This document shows, in pieces, positions 38,222 to 48,121 of a DNA stretch of 64,000 nt. The position numbers were made by a program, and so were the translations under genes. The stretch is from Candidatus Poribacteria bacterium (lineage in GTDB: Bacteria > Poribacteria > WGA-4E > WGA-3G): positions 4,453 to 68,452 of the forward strand of contig VXMD01000035.1 in assembly GCA_009841255.1 (NCBI GenBank), in the 5' to 3' direction. Numbering within the stretch: the stretch's first letter is position 1; the number at the start of each line of letters is the position of its first letter. Below the pieces are notes generated by a model. It did no database searches. It was not told where the DNA came from and was given only the letters and a program-made list of their open reading frames with translations.

Positions 38222-38252
38222 AGCACTCCGCTGGAGTGCGGTGTTTTTGGCA
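38222..38252 (+). terminator. Intrinsic-terminator-like hairpin with a U tract in an otherwise gene-free stretch
   Basis: GCACTCC-GCTG-GAGTGC is followed by GGTGTTTTTGG. No plus-strand gene lies upstream, so it could terminate an unannotated short transcript. Confidence 0.3.
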
Positions 38253-38529
38253 TGCCGACGTCTATAGACATATCACGCCTCTGGTGTGAGGAAACCCCTG
38301 ACCCGTTAAGAGGGGTTCCGCTTTATGACTATAGAAACTTGACATCCGTTAATGGAAGTAGTATAATTTATTATAAGAAACGGAGGACACACCAATCTAC
38401 AAAAAAAACGGTATATCACTCGTTTACAAAATGTTACACTTTCCAGCAAATTATTTTTTTGGAAAAAATGATCGGAGAAAAAAATGCCTACGAACCCTTA
38501 CGACCACTATGTTTGTTGCCGATGCGTTT

Positions 38530-38553
38530 TGTACACCAAATGTTACACTGGTG
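38530..38553. promoter_or_regulatory. Perfect 24-bp palindrome (candidate operator) with an extra half-site about 105 bp upstream
   Basis: AAATGTTACAC-TG-GTGTAACATTT is a perfect palindrome. The half-site AAAATGTTACAC recurs at 38423-38434. Both sit in the 812-bp AT-rich gap between the divergent helicase gene and the secreted-protein genes. Confidence 0.4.
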
Positions 38554-38894
38554 TAACATTTTAAGGGATTTTTAATAACAGTAAGTTTAGAATAACTTTC
38601 TAATACGTTAAAAATAGGGTGTCTTTTGCCGGGGAACGTCTCATTGCTCCCGATTTTTGTTTGACAAATTTCTGAAAAAAGTGTAAAATGAATAGTGTGT
38701 GAGTTCGATGAAGCATTTCATCTGATACCTAAACGCGAAAGGTGCCATTAACACCCTCGCTCTTAAACTCACTATCGTAATATATTCTCTAAGAAATGAA
38801 AATTGTGGACTTTGTTTGCAATATCTATGTTTCACAGGTGAGGTTTGGCACTGCAAGCCTCTTAAACTATGATCTAATAGGAGGATCTTTTTAA

Positions 38895-39728
38895 ATGAGA
38901 TTTTTTATGATTGTTGCTGGCGTACTCTGCGCCGCGACTCTTGCTCTCTGGACACCCACAGCTGATGCTGTTCCAAAAGTCGATATTTTTGTCTATACGG
39001 AAATAACGCAGTGGATTGGCCAGGGACAGGCACAAGAACAAGCCGATATATTCATAAAAGAAATGAAGGGCCAAAGAGGTATCGGTGAGATTGTCAATGA
39101 AGACGCCAAAGCTATTGAAAAGTGGACGAAGGATCACACCGAGGAAAAAGGCTATCACCTGATTAGCCTCTACGGTGATTTTCCACCTGAAATTTATCCA
39201 CAAGGCAATAAAGATGAAGATGGTTCCGTTGCTGAGGAATTCCTTGATGCCGGTAATACCTTCTCAAACAGTGCCGACTATTTCTTCTGGGGCTTAGCTG
39301 GAAGAAACCGTGAAGGTGGACTCCAAAACATGATGGATATCCCCGGTATCGTCCAATGGGATGATGACACAGCAATGAAAGTCACAAAGGAAGGGAAAAA
39401 ACTTACACCGACGCTGAAAGATTATGCCACCGATCGTCCGTTTCACGTGGATCAGCTTGCAAAAACAGATTGGGAAGTGGAAATCGCATTCGCTACGGAA
39501 ACAGGGAAATCGACGGGTATGAACCGGTGTGACCCGTGCATCATCCGGAATACGGAAACAGACGCACGTCTCATTCAGGTCTATCAGACGAATGGCCAAG
39601 ACGATCCGAAAGGTAAAGTCCTCTCGGAAATTCTCCTTAACTATTATCTTGAAACGATTGGGGCACTCGATGTAGATCCCCAAGAGAAACTCTCCACAAC
39701 GTGGGGCGATCTTAAATCCAGGAGGTAA
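38895..39728 (+). CDS. Secreted protein of unknown family with the C-terminal KLSTTWGDLK tail (paralog 1)
   Basis: It has a signal peptide (MRFFMIVAGVLCAATLALWTPTADA) and a strong ribosome-binding site (AGGAGG). Its conserved core YGDFPPEIYP...FWGLAGRNREGGLQNMMDI is shared with the next gene. It ends QEKLSTTWGDLKSRR. Confidence 0.6.
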   Translation: MRFFMIVAGVLCAATLALWTPTADAVPKVDIFVYTEITQWIGQGQAQEQADIFIKEMKGQRGIGEIVNEDAKAIEKWTKDHTEEKGYHLISLYGDFPPEIYPQGNKDEDGSVAEEFLDAGNTFSNSADYFFWGLAGRNREGGLQNMMDIPGIVQWDDDTAMKVTKEGKKLTPTLKDYATDRPFHVDQLAKTDWEVEIAFATETGKSTGMNRCDPCIIRNTETDARLIQVYQTNGQDDPKGKVLSEILLNYYLETIGALDVDPQEKLSTTWGDLKSRR

Positions 39729-39734
39729 AATTTA

Positions 39735-40538
39735 ATGCGAAATATTTTTCTTTCACTCACCCTGATTGCGTTACTGGCACTCCCTTTAACGCCTGTCCTT
39801 GCCGCCGGTGAAGTTGCTATCTATACCGGAATCACGCAATGGATTGGTAAGGCGCCAGCTGATGAACAGGCAGAAATTTGTGTCGGTCTGCTCGAAGATG
39901 CGAATATTGCTGTCACATGGTATGATAGCGATGGCCAAGCCGGAGACTTAGCCGATTGGATGGAAAGTGTCACCGGCGACGATGGCTTGGATATCTGTGT
40001 CCTTTACGGTGATTTCCCACCCGAAATCTATCCCGAAGGCAATGCGCAGACCGATGGCTCCATCGCTGAGACTTTCATCGAAACCACCGATGGGGACACT
40101 TTCATCAACCACGCCGATTACATGTTCTGGGGTTTGGCTGGTAGAAATAGAGAAGGTGGACTACAGAACATGATGGACATCGACGGTATTGTGATGTGGG
40201 ACGATGATACGCCTATGGTCGTCACGTCTGAAGGCAGTGCCATTTCTCCAAGTTTAACCGACTATGCATCCGACCGTCCATTCCACACCGATCAACTCGA
40301 CGGCGATTGGGAAATTGAAGTTTCACTCGCACAAAACGACGACGGCACCCGTGCCGATCCGATTATTGTTCGCGATGGGAACCTCGGTAGGCTGATTCCA
40401 ATGATACAGACCAATGGTGGAGATGAACCCAAAGGTGCTATCGCCGCTGAAGTTATCATTTGGCTGATGTCCACAACACCCGTTGAACCTGCTGGTAAAC
40501 TCTCCACGACGTGGGGGGATCTGAAAGCAGTTCGATAG
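39735..40538 (+). CDS. Secreted protein of unknown family with the C-terminal KLSTTWGDLK tail (paralog 2)
   Basis: It has a signal peptide (ALPLTPVLAAGE), the same conserved core, and ends AGKLSTTWGDLKAVR. Confidence 0.6.
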   Translation: MRNIFLSLTLIALLALPLTPVLAAGEVAIYTGITQWIGKAPADEQAEICVGLLEDANIAVTWYDSDGQAGDLADWMESVTGDDGLDICVLYGDFPPEIYPEGNAQTDGSIAETFIETTDGDTFINHADYMFWGLAGRNREGGLQNMMDIDGIVMWDDDTPMVVTSEGSAISPSLTDYASDRPFHTDQLDGDWEIEVSLAQNDDGTRADPIIVRDGNLGRLIPMIQTNGGDEPKGAIAAEVIIWLMSTTPVEPAGKLSTTWGDLKAVR

Positions 40539-40620
40539 TTTAAAAGAAAAGACGGGAGGATGGAAGCAGAGCCGTAGGGTTCAATCTTCCAACCTTCCAG
40601 TCTTTCAATTTTTGTTAGAG

Positions 40621-41520
40621 ATGAGATTTAACGAAGTCACAATTCCCCGCTGGCGCGGTTTCCTAACCTCGCCTCTTGTTCTCTTGATCCTCATGTTTTT
40701 AGCGTTCGCCTGTCGCGAGAGAGCAGATTCCCCCCTCGTTGGTACCCTTCCGATTCAAACAATCACAACCCCCAAAGATGAAGCCGTCATGGTCTATGTC
40801 CCCGCTGGCGAGTTCCTCATGGGAACCAGCGACGCCGACATTGAACGTTTCAAGGAAATTTTTCCGCTCCGCGATATTGCTCGATTCGACAATGAACGTC
40901 CCCAACGTACCGTTTTCGTCGATGCCTTCTACATTGACAAGTATGAAGTAACAAACAAACAATACAAACGATTTCTCGCCGAAACCGGTTATGTTCCCAA
41001 ACACTATCTGGATTATCCGCCGCATAATACACCTGACTTCCCAGCGGCTGTCTTGGAATGGGAAGATGCAGTTGCCTACGTTAATTGGGCAGGTAAAAGG
41101 TTGCCGACAGAGGCTGAGTGGGAGAAAGCGGCTCGCGGGACAGATGGTCGCTTTTGGCCCTGGGGGAATGAATGGGATGGCACAAAGCTCAGCGGAAATG
41201 ATGGCACAGGACTCAAAGATGGATATAAAGAGACTGCACCTATTGGACAGTTTCCGCAAGGCGCGAGTCCTTACGGGGCACATGATATGGCGGGCAACCT
41301 CTGGGAATGGGTGTCGGACTGGTATGATCCGAACTATTACCGGACTTCACCTCCCAATATGAATCCGAAGGGACCCGACACAGGCGATGGACATGTTCTA
41401 AAAGGCGGCGGTTGGGCAGAAAATTTGGATTTTACGCGATGTGCCAGCCGTCAGGGCGGAAACCCCGGATCTCTCATACGAGGGTTTCGATGCGTGATAG
41501 ACGCGCCACCTGGAGAGTAG
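40621..41520 (+). CDS. Formylglycine-generating-enzyme (FGE/SUMF1, DUF323) family protein, membrane-anchored or secreted
   Basis: An N-terminal transmembrane or signal segment is followed by an FGE-sulfatase-domain pattern: RVLKGGGW-like (HVLKGGGWAE), AHDMAGNLWEWV and the C-terminal RGFRCV. Confidence 0.75.
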   Translation: MRFNEVTIPRWRGFLTSPLVLLILMFLAFACRERADSPLVGTLPIQTITTPKDEAVMVYVPAGEFLMGTSDADIERFKEIFPLRDIARFDNERPQRTVFVDAFYIDKYEVTNKQYKRFLAETGYVPKHYLDYPPHNTPDFPAAVLEWEDAVAYVNWAGKRLPTEAEWEKAARGTDGRFWPWGNEWDGTKLSGNDGTGLKDGYKETAPIGQFPQGASPYGAHDMAGNLWEWVSDWYDPNYYRTSPPNMNPKGPDTGDGHVLKGGGWAENLDFTRCASRQGGNPGSLIRGFRCVIDAPPGE

Positions 41521-41731
41521 CGTTAACAGAAGTTCCCTTAATTCTGATTCTCTCCTTCATAAAATTTCAGAGTAAACTTCTCAAGAACCTTCAGGCGAAA
41601 TCCCTCAAAACCCAGTGGTAGTACAGGCGCATGCTCTTTTTCTAACCTATCACTTTTCGGGTTTACTCTGAATACTCTGAAATTCACACGATTTCATTTT
41701 CTGATTTACGCGCCTTTGACCCGTCGCGAAT

Positions 41732-41761
41732 TTGACATCTGTTTTTGTGCTATGCTATACT
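41732..41761 (+). promoter_or_regulatory. Candidate sigma70 promoter
   Basis: TTGACA-18 nt-TATACT lies upstream of the 41823 gene. Confidence 0.35.
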
Positions 41762-41822
41762 TTATAATAGGTAGACGAGTATAAGAGACCTGCGCAAGGA
41801 GGACGGATATATCGAAAGGCAC

Positions 41823-42338
41823 GTGAAAGTTTCAACCACCGTTACTTATCCGCCAGGAATCATTAAAAAACAGATTATCACGCATGCAGACCCAGATCTT
41901 GATGCGATTGTTAGCGCATGGATCGCCCAAGATTTTCTCTTCAAGGGGCACGCGTCAGAGGTCCTATTTGTGAGCCGAAAAGTGCCCGAGAAACGCATGC
42001 AGCATGCCGATTGTGTGGTGGATGTCGGGAACACATACATCCCTGAAAACTACCGCTTCGATCACAAGCCTCCCGCGTTTCAGAATAGAAATAGCACCTG
42101 TGCGACCCGACTCATTTGGGAATATTTACGCGACACTGGTGCCGATGTCGCACACCTTGAACCTTTGGTGCAGATTACATATCAAGGCGATACACACCGA
42201 AATTCAGATGCGCTCAAACAGAGTCGAATCGACGGTCCACATGCGGAATTAAAGAAACTAAAATCAGGACATACAGAAACAACAGAGGTCTATCGACAGA
42301 TGGTTCTCTATCTGAGGAGTTATACAAAAAACCTATGA
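41823..42338 (+). CDS. Hypothetical protein with a DHH-family-like N-terminal motif
   Basis: ITHADPDLDAIVSA resembles DHH phosphoesterase motif I-II, but the protein is short (171 aa). Confidence 0.35.
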   Translation: MKVSTTVTYPPGIIKKQIITHADPDLDAIVSAWIAQDFLFKGHASEVLFVSRKVPEKRMQHADCVVDVGNTYIPENYRFDHKPPAFQNRNSTCATRLIWEYLRDTGADVAHLEPLVQITYQGDTHRNSDALKQSRIDGPHAELKKLKSGHTETTEVYRQMVLYLRSYTKNL

Positions 42339-43645
42339 AGCAGTTTACATGTTTACTCATTGCCCTATTTGTTCTGGCAGTCGTGCCAGCCAAATACGCA
42401 AGTGCCGATGAATGGCACCAGTGGCGTGGTGAAGACCGAGAAGGCGTTTGGAATGAAACCGGCATCATCGAAAAATTTGAAGAAACAGAAGTCCCGATCC
42501 GTTGGCGTGTGCCTATCGGCAGTGGCTATAGCGGACCGAGCGTCGCGAATGGACGTGTATACGTTACAGACAGGCTCACAAAGCCGAAACAGGTTGAACG
42601 CGTTCACTGTTTCGATTGGGAGACGGGTGAATCCATCTGGTCCTACACCTACGATTGCGTATACAAGATTGACTATACAGCGGGACCCCGTGCGACTGTG
42701 ACTGTGCATGATGGACTCGCTTATGCATTGGGCGCGATGGGACATCTGCACTGTTTCGATGCTGCCACGGGTGAGGTCGTATGGAAAAGAGATCTCAATA
42801 CCGAATATGACATCAATATGCCTATCTGGGGCATTGCATGTGCACCTATTGTCGAGGCGGAAAACGTCATCGTCCAAATTGGCGGCAAGCCGAACGCGTG
42901 TATCGTCGCATTTAACCGAAAAACTGGCGAAGAGGTGTGGAAAGCACTTGACGATAACGCCTCTTATTCCGCACCGATTGTTATTACGCAAGCAGGTAAA
43001 CGTGTCCTCATCTGCTGGACAGGTGCCAATATCGCAGCACTTGATCCGCAGACCGGGGCAGTGCACTGGCTCTATCCGTTTCCACCGGAGAGTTTCGAGA
43101 TCGCGATTGCTACGCCTATTTTCGATCAGAATGAATTGTTCGTTACCGAGTTCCGTCAAGGTTCTCTTCTTCTGAAGTTACCACAAGATCAATTGACGGT
43201 AGAACTCGGCTGGCACCGTAAGGGCAAAAATGAACAGAATACCGACGCCCTTCAGACGACAATGGCGACTCCCGTGCGTTTTGGGGATTACATCTACGGT
43301 GTGGATAGTTACGGGGAACTCCGCTGTCTGGATGCCCGGAATGGGGATCGGGTTTGGGAAGACCTCTCCGCCGTGCGGAAAGCGCGCTGGAGCAATATCC
43401 ATCTCGTCAAGCATCCCGCTTCATCGGATAACAAAGTCTGGATGTTCAATGAACACGGCGAACTCCTCATTACAGAACTCTCCCCTGAAGGACTGAATAT
43501 TATCAGCCGAGCCAAATTGATCGAACCGACACGCGACCAACTCAACCGAAGAGGCGGTGTTACATGGGCACACCCTGCGTTTGCCTATAAACACGTCTTC
43601 GCTCGGAACGATAACGAACTCGTTTGCGCCGATTTAGAAAAGTAA
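42335..43645 (+). CDS. PQQ-like beta-propeller repeat protein (BamB-like), secreted
   Basis: There is a signal peptide, a WRGEDREGVW pattern and repeated GxxVyV/A...G.L.a.Da.tG propeller blades. Confidence 0.75.
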   Translation: MKQFTCLLIALFVLAVVPAKYASADEWHQWRGEDREGVWNETGIIEKFEETEVPIRWRVPIGSGYSGPSVANGRVYVTDRLTKPKQVERVHCFDWETGESIWSYTYDCVYKIDYTAGPRATVTVHDGLAYALGAMGHLHCFDAATGEVVWKRDLNTEYDINMPIWGIACAPIVEAENVIVQIGGKPNACIVAFNRKTGEEVWKALDDNASYSAPIVITQAGKRVLICWTGANIAALDPQTGAVHWLYPFPPESFEIAIATPIFDQNELFVTEFRQGSLLLKLPQDQLTVELGWHRKGKNEQNTDALQTTMATPVRFGDYIYGVDSYGELRCLDARNGDRVWEDLSAVRKARWSNIHLVKHPASSDNKVWMFNEHGELLITELSPEGLNIISRAKLIEPTRDQLNRRGGVTWAHPAFAYKHVFARNDNELVCADLEK

Positions 43646-43669
43646 AATATAAAGACGGAGGTTAAAATA

Positions 43670-46663
43670 TTGGATGCGACCCGAATGCCGGAGGTAGATT
43701 TACGTCCCGGCGACCAACTGCACGGTTTTGAAGTAAAAGCCGTCACACCGATCGACGAATTGCGAGCAGTGACGCTCGAATTGGCACACCAACAGAGCGG
43801 TGCCCGTTTACTACATCTCTATACAAACGACACTGAGAATCTCTTCTCCATTAATTTTCCGACCCCACCCGCAGATGATACAGGTGTCCCGCATATTCTG
43901 GAGCACGCCGTTTTAGCAGGTTCCCAGAAATTCCCGGTGAAAGAACCTTTCTTTGAGATGATTAAAATGAGCATGGCAACCTTTATCAACGCCATGACAA
44001 GTTCCGATTTTACCTGTTATCCGGTATCGAGCAACGTCAAAAAAGATCTCTTCAATTTAGCTGAAGTCTACTTTGACGCAGTTTTCCATCCGTTATTGAC
44101 GGAAAACACCTTCAAGCGTGAGGGACATCACCTCGCACCCGTTGATCCAGAAAATCCCACCGGCGATCTAAAAATAACAGGTATTGTCTATAACGAGATG
44201 AAAGGGGTATTCTCGGATCCCGAAGCTCGGTTGTATCGATCAATGATGTGTCAGCTCCTTCCCGATACGCTTTATGCCTGTGAATCCGGTGGTGACCCAG
44301 ATGCCATCCCGGACTTGACGTACGCGCAGCTCAAAGGGTTCCATGAAACCTATTATCACCCAAGTAACGGCTATTTCATTCTCTATGGAGACATTCCAAC
44401 GAGCGACTATCTCAGCTTCCTCGCGGATAAGTTGGATAAAATCCCAAAAAACGCTGCGAGTGCGACCCTGCGTCCGTTGCGACCGGAGGTTACACATCAA
44501 CCCAAGTGGGATACGCCACGGATTGTAACGGATACCTATCCTATTGGTGTAGATGAAACGCTCACAGAAAAGGCGTATCTCTCGCTCAGTTGGATCATTG
44601 GCGACGCGACCCGCCCAGAAGAAGTTGCCTTAGGGCAGATTTTGAGTCTCATTCTGGTCGGTAATGAAGGTGCCCCCCTCCGTAAGGTGATTATCGATTC
44701 TAAACTCGGTGCGGATCTCGTCTATTCTGGTGCTAGTTCCATTGGACCTGCAGCCATCTTTTATCTCATTCTCAAAGGAAGTGAAGCCGATCGCGCTGAA
44801 GCCTTTACGCAATTAGTAACCGATACCCTGACGCAGGTTGCAGACGCAGAGATTGATAGTGATAAGGTGGAAGCCGCGTTCCAGCAAGCGACCTATCATT
44901 ACCAAGAAGTCGCTTCGATGTTCCCGCTCCGCATGCTTTATCGTGTCCTCGAAGGGTGGATCTATGAAAAAGATTCGGACACTTTCCTAAAAATGGGAAA
45001 AACCCTTGCTGATGTTCGTCAGCAGTGGCTGGAAAACCCATCAATTTTCAACGACTTCATCCGCGAGAAATTCATTGAGAACCCACACCGCTTGACCAAT
45101 ATCCTATCGCCGGATCGGGATATGCAGGCGGAAATGGAGGCTGAACTCGCCGAACGGATGAAAGAGACGCGCGCACAACTCACGGATGAAGAGGTCCAAC
45201 GCATTGCCGCCGATGCCGCTGAACTGGAACGTCTCAACGGTATGCCTAATTCACCCGAAGCCCTCGCGAAACTGCCACAACTCCAAGTCAGCGATCTGCC
45301 TGAAAAACCGAAACATATCCCGACAACGGTCGAGACTGTCGGGGGGCGCGATCTGCTTCGCAACGATGTTTTTGCCAATGGTGTTAACTACCTCGTACTC
45401 AACTTCGATTTAAAAGGGTTACCGCAGCATCTTTGGACCTATCTACCCAGATATGCTGACGCTATTAGCAAACTCGGTGCCGCTGATATGAGTTATGAGG
45501 AGATGGCACAACGAACATCGGCGGTTACCGGCGGGATCGGGTGTTCGATGGGGTTCAGCACACGTACGCTTGACGCACGTCGTTCCTTGCAAAATATGCG
45601 GTTTCATCTCAAAGCACTTGATGGCAAAATGGACGCTGCACTCGGGGTCTTACGGGATCTACTTTTCGCTGTGAATCCGCGCGATACAGAACGTCTTCGG
45701 GATGTTTTGGTGCAAGCCGTCGCTGAATATCAGACAGAGATGATTCACGACGGATCAAGTACAGCAATTCATCACGCCTCACGTGGGCTTTCGTCAAATG
45801 CACATCTTGCCGAAATAATTTATGGGTTACCGCAACTCCACAACAGCGAGACGCTGCTCAACGATTTTGACGAACTTAATACCGACCTTATGGGTCATAT
45901 AGAAGAGATTCGCGATTTCCTGTTAACACGTGGACGCGTGACCGCCAGTTTCACCGGTTCCGATACCGCCTTTGACACAACGCGAACCAAACTCAGTGAA
46001 TGGCTTGACGCGATGCGGGACGAACCTGTTACTTCAGAATCGATCGCGTTTCAGCAGTTTGATACACCACCGCGGGAGGGGTTAGCGGGTCCGATTCAAA
46101 TTGCACACTGTGCACACGTAATGCCAGCACCCCACTATTCGCATCCGGATTCAGCACTGCTAACGATCGGTGCACATCTTATTCGACTGGATTACATACT
46201 GAGTGAAATCCGCTTTAAAGGTAATGCTTACGGCGCACGGTTCACCTATAGTCCATATGATGCAGTACTCTCCCAATCTTCGTATCGCGACCCACACGTC
46301 GCACGCACAATCAATGTCTTCGAGCAAACTGTTGACTACGTTAAAGAGGTCAAATGGACACAGACAGACATAGATCGCGCCATTATCGCTACAGCGAAAG
46401 ACGGTGAGAAACCGATCCGTCCAAGCCAAGCTGCAAGCGGTGCACTGAGTCAACATCTCGTTGGGCAGACGCGCGAGATGCGAGAGGAACGCTACGCACA
46501 ACTCCGCCAAGCAACACCTCCTGAAGTCAAGCGGGCACTTCTACAACTCTTGGAGGGAAACCGAGATAAAGCCGCAGTGTGTGTCGTTTCAAGTCGTGAA
46601 AAATTGGAGGCTGCGAATCGTGAGTTGGCACAGCCCTTGGTCATTGAGGACATTGTAGCCTAA
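43670..46663 (+). CDS. M16-family zinc metallopeptidase, M16C/PreP-like (insulinase-type)
   Basis: The inverted zinc motif HILEHAVLAGSQKFP (HxxEH) is present. The protein is 997 aa, with the two-half clam architecture typical of M16C. Confidence 0.85.
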   Translation: MDATRMPEVDLRPGDQLHGFEVKAVTPIDELRAVTLELAHQQSGARLLHLYTNDTENLFSINFPTPPADDTGVPHILEHAVLAGSQKFPVKEPFFEMIKMSMATFINAMTSSDFTCYPVSSNVKKDLFNLAEVYFDAVFHPLLTENTFKREGHHLAPVDPENPTGDLKITGIVYNEMKGVFSDPEARLYRSMMCQLLPDTLYACESGGDPDAIPDLTYAQLKGFHETYYHPSNGYFILYGDIPTSDYLSFLADKLDKIPKNAASATLRPLRPEVTHQPKWDTPRIVTDTYPIGVDETLTEKAYLSLSWIIGDATRPEEVALGQILSLILVGNEGAPLRKVIIDSKLGADLVYSGASSIGPAAIFYLILKGSEADRAEAFTQLVTDTLTQVADAEIDSDKVEAAFQQATYHYQEVASMFPLRMLYRVLEGWIYEKDSDTFLKMGKTLADVRQQWLENPSIFNDFIREKFIENPHRLTNILSPDRDMQAEMEAELAERMKETRAQLTDEEVQRIAADAAELERLNGMPNSPEALAKLPQLQVSDLPEKPKHIPTTVETVGGRDLLRNDVFANGVNYLVLNFDLKGLPQHLWTYLPRYADAISKLGAADMSYEEMAQRTSAVTGGIGCSMGFSTRTLDARRSLQNMRFHLKALDGKMDAALGVLRDLLFAVNPRDTERLRDVLVQAVAEYQTEMIHDGSSTAIHHASRGLSSNAHLAEIIYGLPQLHNSETLLNDFDELNTDLMGHIEEIRDFLLTRGRVTASFTGSDTAFDTTRTKLSEWLDAMRDEPVTSESIAFQQFDTPPREGLAGPIQIAHCAHVMPAPHYSHPDSALLTIGAHLIRLDYILSEIRFKGNAYGARFTYSPYDAVLSQSSYRDPHVARTINVFEQTVDYVKEVKWTQTDIDRAIIATAKDGEKPIRPSQAASGALSQHLVGQTREMREERYAQLRQATPPEVKRALLQLLEGNRDKAAVCVVSSREKLEAANRELAQPLVIEDIVA

Positions 46664-46689
46664 ACCGCTTGAGGCACGTATATTTTCCG

Positions 46690-46761
46690 TCGGTAGGTGC
46701 GGTTTCTAACCGCTTTACGTATGCATATCTTTCCTCGGTAGGTGCGGTTTCTAACCGCACC
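46690..46761. repeat. Two direct copies of the 24-bp hairpin repeat TCGGTAGGTGCGGTTTCTAACCGC
   Basis: The copies lie at 46690-46713 and 46735-46758, each a GGTGCGGTT/AACCGCACC stem. The same family occurs at 57614-57639, 17512-17545 (degenerate) and 53441-53464 (variant). Confidence 0.6.
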
Positions 46762-46792
46762 GCTCTTAGGAGAAAAAAGAAAGGAATTAGAA

Positions 46793-48112
46793 ATGAAGAG
46801 AATCGCAATTTTGACCTTGTGTATCTTTGCTTTGGCAGTGATTGCGGCAAGCGCATCGCAGCCTGTAGGTTTCGAGAAGAACTGGCACCATTGGCGAGGA
46901 CCGCACGCGACGGGTGTCGCGATTGATGCGAATCCGCCCACGATGTGGAGTGAAACTGAAAACATCCGTTGGAAAATCGCTATTCCCGGGACCGGACATG
47001 CCGCGCCAATTATTTGGGAAGACAAAATTTTCATCCAAACCGCTATTGAGGGTAAGGAAGAGAAGTCTGCGGATGACAATCCATTCGGAGGCTTCTTTCA
47101 AAGAGATAGCGGTCCCAAGTATAAATTTGATCTCCTTGCCATCAATCGAAGCGACGGGAGTATTTTGTGGCAGAAAACGCTGCGAGAGATAAATCCGCAC
47201 GAGGGGACACACCGAGATGCCACTTTCGCTTCAAACTCGCCGGTTACCGACGGTGAGCATATCTACGCGTATTTCGGTTCGCGCGGACTCTACTGTGTTG
47301 ATATGATGGGCAATGTGAAGTGGGAAAAAGAGGTCGGCACCATGTATAAACGTAACACCTTCGGTGAAGGAAGTTCACCCGTTCTCCACGGCAACACGCT
47401 CGTCATCGTTCAGGACCATGAAGGGAATTCCTTTATCACCGCACTCGACAAGCGGACGGGTGATGTCCTGTGGAAGACTGACCGTAATGAAAGAACGACT
47501 TGGTTTTCACCGATTGTCGTTGAACAGGATGGGAAACCTCAGGTGGTTACGACAGGCACAAATCGTGTCCGTAGCTACGATTTGGAAACCGGTGAACTTT
47601 TATGGGAAGGCGATGGTTTAACTGCCAATGCTATCCCGTCACCTGTCGCTGCCGATGGGTTCGCTTATGTGATGAGCGGCTTCCGAGGCAGTGAATTGCG
47701 GGCAGTTCACCTTGCAAAGGCGATGGGGGATATCAGCGGTTCAGAGGCAGTCGTCTGGGAACACGGTCGGGATACACCTTATGTGCCATCACCGCTCCTT
47801 TATGGGGATATACTCTATTTCTTGAAAAGCAACGACGGTATCCTCTCTGCTTTCGATACCAAGACGGGAAAGGCGCACTACGGTCCGAAACGGTTACAGG
47901 GTGTTTCGGGCGTCTACGCTTCGATCGTTGGCGCAGCGGATCGCGTCTATATCGCCGGCCGGAACGGAACCGTGAACGTTGTCCAACACGGTCCCGAATT
48001 CACAATCATAGCGGAAAATACGTTAGACGATAGTTTCAACGCATCGCCTGCGCTTGTGGGTTCGGAGTTATACCTCCGTGGCGGCCAGTATCTCTACTGC
48101 ATCGCGGAATAA
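46793..48112 (+). CDS. PQQ-like beta-propeller repeat protein, secreted
   Basis: It has the signal peptide MKRIAILTLCIFALAVIAASAS and is homologous to 42335-43645. The 46742 start in the track would overlap the hairpin repeat, so the ATG at 46793 is preferred. Confidence 0.75.
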   Translation: MKRIAILTLCIFALAVIAASASQPVGFEKNWHHWRGPHATGVAIDANPPTMWSETENIRWKIAIPGTGHAAPIIWEDKIFIQTAIEGKEEKSADDNPFGGFFQRDSGPKYKFDLLAINRSDGSILWQKTLREINPHEGTHRDATFASNSPVTDGEHIYAYFGSRGLYCVDMMGNVKWEKEVGTMYKRNTFGEGSSPVLHGNTLVIVQDHEGNSFITALDKRTGDVLWKTDRNERTTWFSPIVVEQDGKPQVVTTGTNRVRSYDLETGELLWEGDGLTANAIPSPVAADGFAYVMSGFRGSELRAVHLAKAMGDISGSEAVVWEHGRDTPYVPSPLLYGDILYFLKSNDGILSAFDTKTGKAHYGPKRLQGVSGVYASIVGAADRVYIAGRNGTVNVVQHGPEFTIIAENTLDDSFNASPALVGSELYLRGGQYLYCIAE

Positions 48113-48121
48113 ATAGTTGTC

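Noticed and set aside
38189-38575. A 128-aa ORF in the AT-rich intergenic region
   Set aside because: Its composition (A/T runs, poly-K/F codons), the absence of an RBS and its overlap with the palindromic operator-like sites suggest non-coding regulatory DNA.
42335-48112. The PQQ-repeat genes flanking the M16 peptidase as a PQQ biosynthesis (pqqF/pqqL) locus
   Set aside because: No pqqA, pqqB, pqqC, pqqD or pqqE genes are present. The so-called PQQ proteins are generic secreted beta-propellers.
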